Shown in pieces: positions 1 through 7,883 of a stretch of 29,193 nt of DNA (position 1 is its first letter; each line of letters begins with the position of its first letter). The translations under genes were made by a program, and so were the position numbers. Where the stretch lies: the IMG/VR virus record IMGVR_UViG_3300032040_000218, positions 1 to 29,193 of that record. One strand, written 5' to 3'. Source of the DNA: a virus. Taxonomy: Duplodnaviria; Caudoviricetes. The notes beneath the pieces are model-generated. The model was not told the DNA's origin and did not search any database. It worked only from the letters and a program-made list of their open reading frames with translations.

Positions 1-47
1 ATCGTATGACAGCCAAGGCATGAGGCCGGGCAGATTCGGGGACAAAG

Positions 48-1550
48 ATGAACGAGATCGCAACGATCCGCAGCGGACAGTTAGACAAACACGGCGAAAT
101 GCAGGATCTGCTGCCTCACAATATCGAGGCCGAACAGCAGTTGCTGGGCGCGATCCTGACCAACAACGACATCTTTGACCGCGTCGCCAGCATCATCAAC
201 GACTCGCATTTCTATGATCCGGTTCACGCCCGCATCTATGAGGTGGCAGCGGCGCGTATCGCCAAGAACGCACTGGCCAGCCCGGTCACGCTCAAAGCCT
301 TCCTTGAAGACGACGCAGGACTGAAAGAACTCGGCGGTCCGTCCTATTTGATGCGATTGGCCGGCGCGGCGATTTCGTCATTTGCGGCGCGTGACTATGC
401 ACAGATGATCCACGATCTGGCGATCCGGCGTGAGTTGATTGCGCTGGGGCGCGACATCAGCGACAGGGCCGCCAAGGTCGATGTCGATTCCGAACCGAGG
501 GAACAGATCGTCGAAGCCGAACAGCGCCTGTACAAATTGGGCGAGGCCGGGCAGACAAATCAGGGTTTCCAGAGTTTTCTCAAAGCGGTAACCGACGCAG
601 TTAATGTCGCAAACGCGGCTTATCAGCGCGAAGGCGGCATGTCGGGCGTCTCAACCGGGTTGATTGATCTGGACAAGAAATTGGGCGGGCTGCACAAATC
701 CGACTTGTTGATCCTCGCCGGGCGCCCCTCCATGGGCAAGACATCGCTGGCCACAAACATCGCGTTCAACATCGCCAAAGCCTATAAGCGCGGACAGCTG
801 CCCGACGGGTCTGACGGCGCGATAGACGGCGGTGTCGTCGGGTTCTTTTCGCTTGAGATGAGCGCAGAACAGCTTGCCGCGCGTATCCTGTCGGAAGCCA
901 GTGAAGTGCCCAGCGAACAGATCCGCCGGGGCGACATGAACGAGGTCGAGTTCCGCCGGTTTGTGCAGGCGGCAAAGGATCTTGAGGCCTGTCCTCTGTT
1001 CATCGACGACACGCCCGCCCTGCCCATTGCACAGCTTGCGGCGCGGGCGCGGCGGTTGAAACGTACCCATGGCTTGGATGCGCTGTTCGTCGACTATCTG
1101 CAGTTGGTGCGCGGAACCGGACGATCCGAAAACCGCGTGAACGAGATTTCCGAGATCACCATGGGGCTCAAGGCGATTGCCAAGGAGTTGGATATTCCCG
1201 TGATCGCCCTGTCACAGCTTTCGCGCCAGGTGGAAAACCGCGAGGACAAACGCCCGCAGTTGTCCGACCTTCGCGAATCCGGCTCAATCGAGCAGGACGC
1301 CGACGTCGTGATGTTCGTCTTCCGCGAGGAATATTACAAAGAGCGCGAAAAACCCGGCGACAACGAATTGGAAAAAGTCGCCGCATGGCAAGATGAAATG
1401 GAGCGTCTGCATGGCCGCGCCGAAGTCGTCATCGGCAAACAGCGCCACGGCCCCATCGGCAGCGTGGATCTGTCCTTTGAGGGCCGGTTCACACGCTTTG
1501 GCAATCTGGTGCAGCCCTGGCAACAACAGCCCGGAGAAACGACATTCTGA
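48..1550 (+). CDS. dnaB: Replicative DNA helicase
   Basis: 500 aa. N-terminal LPHNIEAEQQLLG, Walker A GRPSMGKT, FSLEMS, VDYLQL, ALSQLSR, DLRESGSIEQDAD and KQRHGP, all canonical DnaB motifs. Confidence 0.98.
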   Translation: MNEIATIRSGQLDKHGEMQDLLPHNIEAEQQLLGAILTNNDIFDRVASIINDSHFYDPVHARIYEVAAARIAKNALASPVTLKAFLEDDAGLKELGGPSYLMRLAGAAISSFAARDYAQMIHDLAIRRELIALGRDISDRAAKVDVDSEPREQIVEAEQRLYKLGEAGQTNQGFQSFLKAVTDAVNVANAAYQREGGMSGVSTGLIDLDKKLGGLHKSDLLILAGRPSMGKTSLATNIAFNIAKAYKRGQLPDGSDGAIDGGVVGFFSLEMSAEQLAARILSEASEVPSEQIRRGDMNEVEFRRFVQAAKDLEACPLFIDDTPALPIAQLAARARRLKRTHGLDALFVDYLQLVRGTGRSENRVNEISEITMGLKAIAKELDIPVIALSQLSRQVENREDKRPQLSDLRESGSIEQDADVVMFVFREEYYKEREKPGDNELEKVAAWQDEMERLHGRAEVVIGKQRHGPIGSVDLSFEGRFTRFGNLVQPWQQQPGETTF

Positions 1551-2911
1551 TGACCGCGCCGACGATTGAATTCGTGAACCATGCCTCGGTTCTGATCCGG
1601 CATGGCACAGTCGGCCTGCTCAGCGATCCGTGGTATTTTGGCCCGGCGTTTCACAAGGGCTGGTCGTTGCTGATCGAAACGCCCGATGCGGAAATCCGCG
1701 AAGTTCTGGACCGCACGACGCATATCTGGCTGTCGCACGAGCATCCGGACCATTTCTCGGTGCCGTTCTTTCGTCGCTATGGCGATATCCTGCGCGAGCG
1801 CGGCATCCCGGTACTGTTCCAAAGGATCGACGACAGGCGCGTTGCAGATTTTTTGCTTGGGCAGAAGATCGCAGTTCAGGAAATTGACTTCAAACGGCCG
1901 TTTGCGGTGGCTGATGGGTTTTCGGTGACCTGTCTCAAGGACGAGTTTTATGATTCGGCGTTGTCGATCCGCGCGGGCGACACGCATATTCTCAACCTGA
2001 ACGACTGTGCTGTGGCGACCCGGCAGCGAGCCGAAGAGATCCGGCGCGCTGTCGGCACCTGTGACATTCTGCTGACGCAGTTCAGCTATGCCGCTTGGAA
2101 AGGCGGACCCGAAAACACCGCTTGGCGGGAAGAGGCCGCACGCCAGAAGCTCGACAATATGGCGGTGCAGATGGTGGTCATGAAACCGCGCGTCACCATC
2201 CCGTTTGCCAGTTTCGTCGCGTTTTCCAACGAAAAGAACGTTTATTTGAACGATGCGGCGAACACCCCTGACGTGGTGATGGAAAATTTCCGCACCGCCG
2301 AAAGCCGAATTGTGCCGATGAAACCGGGCGATGTGTTCGACTGCGCCCCCGATGTCGCAATTGATACGGCGCAAACGGAACGCGCCTTGGCCTTTTGGCG
2401 CGCGGTCTTTGCCCAGATGCCGGACATGCCGCTGCAAAAGTTTGAAACGCAGGATGTCGCCACTTTGGAACAATCCTTCACCACCTATACGCGCCGCGTG
2501 TTTACCAACAACAATGCCACAATGATGCGGCTGTTCCAGCGATTCAGCCCGATCCGGGTGTTTCAGCCGGTGGTCATCCGGCTGGATGATTTGGGCCGCA
2601 CCTTCCGCGTGGATATCGCCAAGCCCGAATTTGTCGAAACCGACGAACCGGCGGACCTGTCAATGCATTCGGAATCGCTCTGGTTCATGTTCACCAACAC
2701 GTTCGGATTCGATACGTTGCTGGTGAACGGCTGTCTCGAAGAACAACAGACCGGCGGATTCGCCAAGGCGGCCAAGGGCCTGACCATCGAGAACCTGAAC
2801 AATCTCGGGATCGCTTTTGGTCCCGGACTGCTCTTTCACGGCAAGATCATCAGGATTTTCTTTGAAAGGCTGATCGCGGTATCGCGGCGCATGGGAAAAG
2901 GCCGCGCCTGA
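1550..2911 (+). CDS. Metallo-beta-lactamase-fold protein (UlaG / CMP-Neu5Ac hydroxylase MBL-domain-like), function unknown
   Basis: 453 aa. NHAS, DPW and SHEHPDH (HxHxDH) motifs, plus DS..LNLND and PFAS. Start overlaps the dnaB stop (TGATG). Confidence 0.8.
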   Translation: MTAPTIEFVNHASVLIRHGTVGLLSDPWYFGPAFHKGWSLLIETPDAEIREVLDRTTHIWLSHEHPDHFSVPFFRRYGDILRERGIPVLFQRIDDRRVADFLLGQKIAVQEIDFKRPFAVADGFSVTCLKDEFYDSALSIRAGDTHILNLNDCAVATRQRAEEIRRAVGTCDILLTQFSYAAWKGGPENTAWREEAARQKLDNMAVQMVVMKPRVTIPFASFVAFSNEKNVYLNDAANTPDVVMENFRTAESRIVPMKPGDVFDCAPDVAIDTAQTERALAFWRAVFAQMPDMPLQKFETQDVATLEQSFTTYTRRVFTNNNATMMRLFQRFSPIRVFQPVVIRLDDLGRTFRVDIAKPEFVETDEPADLSMHSESLWFMFTNTFGFDTLLVNGCLEEQQTGGFAKAAKGLTIENLNNLGIAFGPGLLFHGKIIRIFFERLIAVSRRMGKGRA

Positions 2912-3076
2912 CGGCGGCACAAGGTTCTGCTCTGCCGCAAACGCCCCGGTTTCAAATTTCCGATGATGCCTGCTGTGCGAATTTTCGCGGTTCCGGCAGG
3001 AGCACGAAGTGGACCTATCAGTAAAATGATCATCCTGTTTTGGCGAGACAGAGCGCGAAGGCCCCTGAGCAAGAAT

Positions 3077-3094
3077 TGGTGCGGTCGAGAAGAC
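3077..3094 (-). repeat. Prophage attachment junction: duplicated 3' end of tRNA-Leu
   Basis: Minus strand reads GTCTTCTCGACCGCACCA, matching my recollection of the 3' end (part of T loop, T stem, acceptor stem, CCA) of alphaproteobacterial tRNA-Leu(GAG). The preceding bases (GTAGGT) are not the expected GTTCGA, so this is a fragment. It lies at the host/phage gene boundary. Confidence 0.8.
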
Positions 3095-3184
3095 ACCTAC
3101 ACCTCTGTCATCGATGCATAAAAATCCAGAAAGCGTAAAATATGCGGGAACAGATCGTGCATTTGCGGCGCACAGGAGGCTGAC

Positions 3185-3439
3185 ATGAGCGATCATCACA
3201 CGCCGCGTGTGATGCAGAGAGCAACGCAAAAGTGCGACACATGCCCATTCCGCGATGCGTCCGAAAGCTACAAGCGGTCATCCGCACATATCCAGCCCGA
3301 AGATTGGCCCTGCCACACGGAAGATTTGGACGGCGATCTTGGGATCCAGTGCAGAGGTCACTGGCAGGCGGTGCATAAATCCGGATCAAGCATTGGACCT
3401 CAAGCCGATGAGCACGATTTAAGCCACACAGGAGACTGA
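3185..3439 (+). CDS. Small Cys/His protein, putative zinc-binding (CxxCPF...CH...CRG)
   Basis: 84 aa with a strong RBS (AGGAGG) just upstream of the ATG. The Cys pattern resembles small phage metal-binding proteins. Confidence 0.7.
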   Translation: MSDHHTPRVMQRATQKCDTCPFRDASESYKRSSAHIQPEDWPCHTEDLDGDLGIQCRGHWQAVHKSGSSIGPQADEHDLSHTGD

Positions 3440-3440
3440 G

Positions 3441-3581
3441 ATGAGAAACTGGATTGCATACTGGCTGGTCACGGCAGCGCGGCGGATTACAACAAACGGC
3501 TGGGCTGATGATCGGCTTCACTCTGTACAAAAGTCACTACGCCCGGTGTTCACCCCGCCGGATGGTCCGGGGCTGAAGTGA
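3441..3581 (+). CDS. Small hypothetical protein, 46 aa (MRNWIAYWLVTAARRITTNGWADDRLHSVQKSLRPVFTPPDGPGLK)
   Basis: Below the ORF-track cutoff and translated by hand. RBS AGGAG lies upstream, and the ORF starts 1 nt after the previous stop. Confidence 0.55.
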   Translation: MRNWIAYWLVTAARRITTNGWADDRLHSVQKSLRPVFTPPDGPGLK

Positions 3582-3666
3582 CCGCCATGAATCTTGCCTT
3601 CAACCGCGCGCTACTGATCCATCCAGTCCCAAGGGTCCGGTGGCGATGGCGCTGTGTGCAAACTCC

Positions 3667-3695
3667 GCCTCGTGCGAGGCTTCATTTTTTAATTT
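3667..3695 (+). terminator. Putative intrinsic terminator
   Basis: GCCTC-GTGC-GAGGC hairpin followed by TTCATTTTTTAATTT, between the + strand mini-operon and the convergent lysis genes. Confidence 0.45.
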
Positions 3696-3720
3696 CAGAC
3701 TCACCCATTACCCGCACGGC

Positions 3721-3966
3721 TCACGGATCGTATGCTGCACCTACCAGCGTCACACCAATCGCCTCGACCTTACCGTTTGCACATTCCGCGCTGCGCAGGT
3801 GCTCTGTCGCCATCACGGCCAGATCCCGATAGGTCTGCGCAACTCGATCGCTGATCGGGCACGGCACCAGCAGCTCAGCCGGCACAAAGGGAGCCACGGG
3901 CACATACTCAGTCCGCGGATCGCAGGCGGCCAAGAAGATCGGCAAGGTCAGGATCAAGCTGCGCAT
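3721..3966 (-). CDS. Outer-membrane spanin (Rz1-like lipoprotein)
   Basis: Start moved to ATG 3966. MRSLILTLPIFLAAC carries a lipobox, followed by Pro-rich VPAELLVPCP and a helical C-terminus. It overlaps the 3' end of the Rz-like gene in another frame. Confidence 0.85.
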   Translation of the reverse strand: MRSLILTLPIFLAACDPRTEYVPVAPFVPAELLVPCPISDRVAQTYRDLAVMATEHLRSAECANGKVEAIGVTLVGAAYDP

Positions 3967-4231
3967 CGGCACACTCCCCAAGATCAGTTGTCAGGATGGA
4001 TTGAATCGTCGCGTCCAGTTCCCCGGCGCGGAGCTGCCAACGGGCGGCACGTTCGGCGGCGATTTTCGCGGCGGCCGCCCGCTGTATCAGTGAGGCTTCC
4101 AATGTGGCCACCGAGCGGGTCAGAATTGCGGCACGGCTTTCGGCGCTGTCCGCCCTGCCCGCCTGCCACCATGCTGCCGCCCCAAGGCCAAGAGACAGCA
4201 ACAAGGCGGCAATCAGAGCGTATTTCGTCAC
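3908..4231 (-). CDS. Inner-membrane spanin (Rz-like)
   Basis: 107 aa. N-terminal TM helix, Ala-rich coiled coil, and a C-terminal C..A.LDP segment. GTGA overlap with the upstream holin. Confidence 0.85.
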   Translation of the reverse strand: MTKYALIAALLLSLGLGAAAWWQAGRADSAESRAAILTRSVATLEASLIQRAAAAKIAAERAARWQLRAGELDATIQSILTTDLGECADAQLDPDLADLLGRLRSAD

Positions 4232-4452
4232 CGATCCATCGCCTGTTTGATTGCGGCGCGCGATCGGCTGGTCAGATACCAGATCAGCGTTCCTGCGGCG
4301 GTAATTGCACCCACCGTCAGCTCAATGATGGCGGGATCGGTCGCAAAGGCGCGCGCATCGCCGGGCGTCAGCAAGCCCCGGTTAACGAGAGTGGCGGAGA
4401 GCGCGATCAGCGCATAGCGGACGAACGGCGTCCAAGTCGCGATATTCTTCAT
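4228..4452 (-). CDS. Putative holin 2 (74 aa, two TM segments)
   Basis: Start moved to ATG 4452 (RBS AAAGGA). MKNIATWTPFVRYALIALSATLVNRG...LTVGAITAAGTLIWY with a basic C-tail, located between endolysin and spanins. Confidence 0.75.
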   Translation of the reverse strand: MKNIATWTPFVRYALIALSATLVNRGLLTPGDARAFATDPAIIELTVGAITAAGTLIWYLTSRSRAAIKQAMDR

Positions 4453-4477
4453 GGGATGTCCTTTCAGGGTGTGAACT

Positions 4478-5266
4478 TCAGAGCCGGGCCATCTGGAAAT
4501 GCATCGCGTCCGCACCCCAGAGGCGGATTGCAGGCAGCCAGCCGTGGCGCTCCATGATGTCGAGAAATGGCTGATACTCGGATCCGCAGAACCTTGCGGC
4601 CGGGCATCGGGTTCGCAGGCCGTTCGGCGCGGCGAAGATGTCAACGGCACAGCCATAAGCATGCATCGACCAGCTGGTGCCGCCCCGCATTCGGCGCGGG
4701 TTATATCCGCCGGCATATCGGTCGAGACCCAGCTTGCGCCATTCCGCCTCGCCAAAATGGTCGAGCACCGCGTCCAGGGCAGCCGTCAGCGGCGCTGCGC
4801 AAATTTCATGCACCCGCAGCCGTGTAACCGCTGTGTCCAGATCCCAGTCCAGCCGCATCGGCGCAGGTGTCTCGGCCCAGCCCAGGCGCTGCTCTACCGT
4901 GCCGCCCGGGCCAGGCGTGCCATAGGCCGTTGCGACCTCCGCCTGACGCGGCAGGCGTGTCGGTGTCGGGCGAGACGGCAGTGGCGCACGGCTCACATCG
5001 GCTGGAACGCCCGCCTGCTCGCTCAGCCAGCTGGTCAGCGCCTCGGCAGTGTTGTGTCCGACATATCCATCGATCACGCCCGGTTCGTGCCCTTGGGCGT
5101 CCAGCACGGTCTGCGCTGCTGCAATCAGGCGGCGCGGCCAAGGCCAGTGGCTGCGGATAGCGTTGATGTTGCGCTCGATGACCACCGCCCCACCGCGCTC
5201 ACCCCGGCCATGGCAAGTGGCTCCCCCATCAAGGTTGGCTGTGGGGTAAAGGATGGCCAGCCTCAA
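4478..5266 (-). CDS. Endolysin 2: peptidoglycan-binding domain plus M15-family zinc peptidase; 5' end uncertain or possibly truncated
   Basis: PG-binding signature GHEPGVIDGYVGHNT, and M15 motifs YNPRRMRGG, SMHAYGCAVD and DAMHFQ. TTG start; the first ~25 codons look atypical. Confidence 0.8.
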   Translation of the reverse strand: MRLAILYPTANLDGGATCHGRGERGGAVVIERNINAIRSHWPWPRRLIAAAQTVLDAQGHEPGVIDGYVGHNTAEALTSWLSEQAGVPADVSRAPLPSRPTPTRLPRQAEVATAYGTPGPGGTVEQRLGWAETPAPMRLDWDLDTAVTRLRVHEICAAPLTAALDAVLDHFGEAEWRKLGLDRYAGGYNPRRMRGGTSWSMHAYGCAVDIFAAPNGLRTRCPAARFCGSEYQPFLDIMERHGWLPAIRLWGADAMHFQMARL

Positions 5267-6090
5267 AGCGTCACGCCGGAAAGTTTGGCCAGATACTCGC
5301 GAGTCTTGTTTCTGATTATGTCTGGCGTCGTTTCTCTATAGTAAACCCCACCATAGAACCTCATTGGAACATAGTGGCCAATACTGAGAATTCCGTTGAA
5401 GTTAGCCCCAGATGGGGCCGTACCGAAACTTGGGTACATGCCGTTAACATCGTGGGATAACGCTTCTCCGGTTCTTGTGGCCGTATTTACGAAGAGCATC
5501 GGGTCCGGGACACCATACCCAACAGATGCCGCACCCCCAGTACCCGCTACATATTGGCGGGTATACACCCCGAGTTGAAGGACTCGTCCTTGTGAAGCTC
5601 TCGCCCCCAGAAAAGAGTAATAAGTCGTTGGGCTATTGTACGGCCCGAAATAAGCCTGAGCCCTTAAAGGGCCGTCGAGGTTATCAAGCTGTATACCTGC
5701 CGCCAACAAGAAGTCCTGATACATATCTGGGAAATAATGAGACGTCGTTAAACTCTTGTTGCCCCCGGGGAATTGAAGCCACGATAAGCCACCACCTTCG
5801 TTGTATATTGGTCGATCTGCCGCGACATCCTGATCGGCATCGACCCCGTTCGCCATTCCCCGGCAGCGTGCAATCACGTCGCCAGTAGTTGTTGACTTTT
5901 CGTAAACACCTCCAAGGGATTTTGTGTAGCACCAATCCCTATAGGCTACCCAAGCGTCTCCGACCTGCCCGTTCTTGAATATAGCTCTTGGTGTCCAAGG
6001 CCATTCAGCATCCTGCCCAAGCCACATTCGATTGGCTTCAGCCCGCCCTACCCACATTCGCTTAGCATCGCGTACATTCAGAATGGTCAT
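5263..6090 (-). CDS. Putative fibre tip / receptor-binding protein with ConA/LamG-like lectin fold
   Basis: 275 aa. The N-terminal repeat RMWVG...RMWLG...W is typical of fibre-attachment segments. WTPRAIF..G, RPIY..GGLSWLQF and RFYG...YLAKLSGVTL resemble LamG-like phage fibre proteins. The DNA is visibly more AT-rich than its neighbours. Confidence 0.6.
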   Translation of the reverse strand: MTILNVRDAKRMWVGRAEANRMWLGQDAEWPWTPRAIFKNGQVGDAWVAYRDWCYTKSLGGVYEKSTTTGDVIARCRGMANGVDADQDVAADRPIYNEGGGLSWLQFPGGNKSLTTSHYFPDMYQDFLLAAGIQLDNLDGPLRAQAYFGPYNSPTTYYSFLGARASQGRVLQLGVYTRQYVAGTGGAASVGYGVPDPMLFVNTATRTGEALSHDVNGMYPSFGTAPSGANFNGILSIGHYVPMRFYGGVYYRETTPDIIRNKTREYLAKLSGVTL

Positions 6091-6470
6091 ACCAATACCG
6101 TAATCTGAAACGGAGTGGCTGTCGCTGCGAACGTCTCGGCCAAAGCCTCATCGGTGAATTCATGGACCGTAACTGATTGTCCATCGTTGCCCGTGTCGCC
6201 CTGTGGTCCCGGCACCGTGCTGTCTGCGCCCGTGTCGCCTTGGTCACCCTTATCGCCCTTCAGCCCAGTGTTACCTGTGTCGCCCTGCACACCCTGGACG
6301 CCTTGCGCGCCAGTGTCACCTTTCGACCCGGGTGCGCCAGTGTCACCCTTCGGGCCGATCTCGCCCCTTGGTCCACGTGGGCCGGTTTGAGCCACCATAT
6401 ACTGCGGCGGATGACCATCCTGCGTCACCTCGATCAGGCGCGTTTCGGTCGATACAATGATCTTGCTCAT
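6087..6470 (-). CDS. Collagen-like phage fibre protein
   Basis: 127 aa with 18 consecutive Gly-X-Y triplets, an STVP break, then 4 more triplets. ATGA overlaps on both sides. Confidence 0.85.
   Translation of the reverse strand: MSKIIVSTETRLIEVTQDGHPPQYMVAQTGPRGPRGEIGPKGDTGAPGSKGDTGAQGVQGVQGDTGNTGLKGDKGDQGDTGADSTVPGPQGDTGNDGQSVTVHEFTDEALAETFAATATPFQITVLV
6174..6383 (-). repeat. Gly-X-Y (collagen) coding repeat
   Basis: GPRGPRGEIGPKGDTGAPGSKGDTGAQGVQGVQGDTGNTGLKGDKGDQGDTGAD-STVP-GPQGDTGNDGQS; the GDT triplet recurs five times. Confidence 0.9.
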
Positions 6471-6760
6471 TTCACATTCACGATCAATTGGGGGGTGGAC
6501 CGATGCTCATCACCCTGGCTGATCTGGACGCGGAAACCCATCGTCGCGCCCGTGTTAAAAGCGCCGTCCCACTCGATGCGCCCGATGATCTCCCCTGCGG
6601 CAGCATCGCCCTTTATCAGCGTCAGATTGCCTTCGAGCAATCTGTGCGCCTCAAAGGCGGAGATGTCCCACTGCGTCAGATCGAATGGCTGGCCCAGATC
6701 ACCGGGCCAGACCATCCGAAAGTCAACATCGCTGCCGCGCAGCATTTCCAGCGTCGCCAT
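6467..6760 (-). CDS. Putative fibre collar/adaptor (BppU N-terminal / Ig-like)
   Basis: 97 aa. RGSDVDF...GQPFDLTQW...DAAAGEI pattern resembles fibre-anchoring beta domains. It directly precedes the collagen gene. Confidence 0.55.
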   Translation of the reverse strand: MATLEMLRGSDVDFRMVWPGDLGQPFDLTQWDISAFEAHRLLEGNLTLIKGDAAAGEIIGRIEWDGAFNTGATMGFRVQISQGDEHRSTPQLIVNVK

Positions 6761-7122
6761 TATTTCGGCTCGCCAAGCTTCGCCAATGCCTCCCGCGCAT
6801 AGCGATCGATCAGGTTGTCCAGAACACCATCGCCCGGCGTTAAGGCCTTCAATGCATCCGGCACACTCTGTTTCAGGTGAGCGATGACATGCGCCTTGAT
6901 CGTGTCGAAACCTGCTTGGGGTCCGTACCGCATGGCGCTCTCCACGCCGGTCATGATGGCCTTGTGCAGGCTGTCTTGGTGCGCCTGTTCAATGCGGATG
7001 CCAGTATAAGCTTGGAACATGCCCGCCGCCCGGTTGGCAATGAAGGTCAGGATAAGCCCGAGAATTGTCAGAATTCCGGTCTGCACTTGCTCGCTGGCCA
7101 GAAGGCCCTGAATGAAATCCAT
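6760..7122 (-). CDS. Putative holin 1 (LL-H-like, single N-terminal TM)
   Basis: Start moved to ATG 7122 (RBS AAAGGGA); 120 aa. TM GILTILGLILTFIA, then LHKAIMTGV...SVPDALKAL. It immediately follows endolysin 1. Confidence 0.65.
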   Translation of the reverse strand: MDFIQGLLASEQVQTGILTILGLILTFIANRAAGMFQAYTGIRIEQAHQDSLHKAIMTGVESAMRYGPQAGFDTIKAHVIAHLKQSVPDALKALTPGDGVLDNLIDRYAREALAKLGEPK

Positions 7123-7133
7123 GTCGTTTCCCT

Positions 7134-7847
7134 TTATGCTTCGTTGGTGGAAAGAACGCCCTGGCGGGCTGTCGGTGCGGGATTGCCGGTGAATCCTGCT
7201 GGCGCGCGGAACCCCAGCAGGCGATCGCGGGCGATCCACGTCTCGGTCACGTTGTCGGACTGGTTGCCTCCGATCACGCGCAGCGCGGAATCGCTCTGCC
7301 CGGTAAGGATGGCGACGTGACCGTTCCAGCTTTTCGTGGGATGGGTGCGCCAGAATACAGCGATGGCGCCGGTGACAGCCTCACAGGCCTTTCCGTATTC
7401 CATCCATGCGCGCGCCCCGAGACGGTTGAAGGCCTGCGGCTCCTGTGGCGCGCCCCGGGCCATGCAATGCGCGACAAACAGTCCGCACCAAGGCACATCG
7501 TCTCCGGGATACCACTGGTCGAGATCGCGCGCCCAACCCATGATGGCTGGGTTATTCGCCGCGCCGGGAACTTCCCGTGTACCCAGTAGGGCCCGGGCCT
7601 CCGACAGCCATGCCGGATCATGTCCAAATGCTTCGGGCATCGGCGCGCGCGTGGCGGTTTCAGCCCAGAGTGCGGTCAGAGTCAGTTCCCCAGGGAACGA
7701 TCGCGCGCGATATCCATGAGCCGATTTGAACCGGGTCATTGCGCTTTCGGTGGCGGGGCCCGTGACCCCGTCCAGTTGGCCGGCGTAATAGCCGAGATCC
7801 GCCAGCCGCCCTTGCGTCGTGCGGATCAAGTCGCGTGTGAAGGTCAT
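7134..7847 (-). CDS. Endolysin 1: peptidoglycan-binding domain plus CHAP/NlpC-P60-like (TIGR02594-type) catalytic domain
   Basis: QGRLADLGYYAGQLDGVTGPAT (PG-binding), followed by DDVPWCGLFV, GHVA and GGNQSD motifs. Confidence 0.9.
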   Translation of the reverse strand: MTFTRDLIRTTQGRLADLGYYAGQLDGVTGPATESAMTRFKSAHGYRARSFPGELTLTALWAETATRAPMPEAFGHDPAWLSEARALLGTREVPGAANNPAIMGWARDLDQWYPGDDVPWCGLFVAHCMARGAPQEPQAFNRLGARAWMEYGKACEAVTGAIAVFWRTHPTKSWNGHVAILTGQSDSALRVIGGNQSDNVTETWIARDRLLGFRAPAGFTGNPAPTARQGVLSTNEA

Positions 7848-7860
7848 GTGGTTTCCCCAT

Positions 7861-7883
7861 AAAAAAACCCGCCGAAAAGCGGG
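7861..7883 (-). terminator. Intrinsic terminator directly upstream of endolysin 1
   Basis: Minus strand CCCGC-TTTTCG-GCGGG followed by TTTTTTT. Confidence 0.75.

Noticed and set aside
48-1550. Intein in DnaB
   Set aside because: Length is normal and the motifs at the usual insertion sites are contiguous.
1334-2473. 379-aa minus-strand ORF
   Set aside because: Antisense shadow of dnaB and the MBL gene in GC-rich DNA; no motifs.
3040-3170. Intact tRNA gene
   Set aside because: Only the last 18 nt match; no D arm, anticodon arm or complete T loop is present.
3578-5341. Plus-strand ORFs 3578-3832, 3640-4557 and 4499-5341
   Set aside because: They overlap well-supported lysis genes on the other strand, the first two cross the terminator-like hairpin, and the longer two are Arg-rich and low-information. 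The GTGA overlap at 3578 was noted but is insufficient.
5263-6090. Diversity-generating retroelement target or shufflon
   Set aside because: I saw no reverse transcriptase, recombinase, second near-copy or flanking inverted repeats in the window. These cannot be excluded outside it.
4228-7239. Longer ORF-track starts at 4755 and 7239 for the two holins
   Set aside because: The extensions overlap the upstream endolysins. Downstream ATGs at 4452 and 7122 have clear RBSs.
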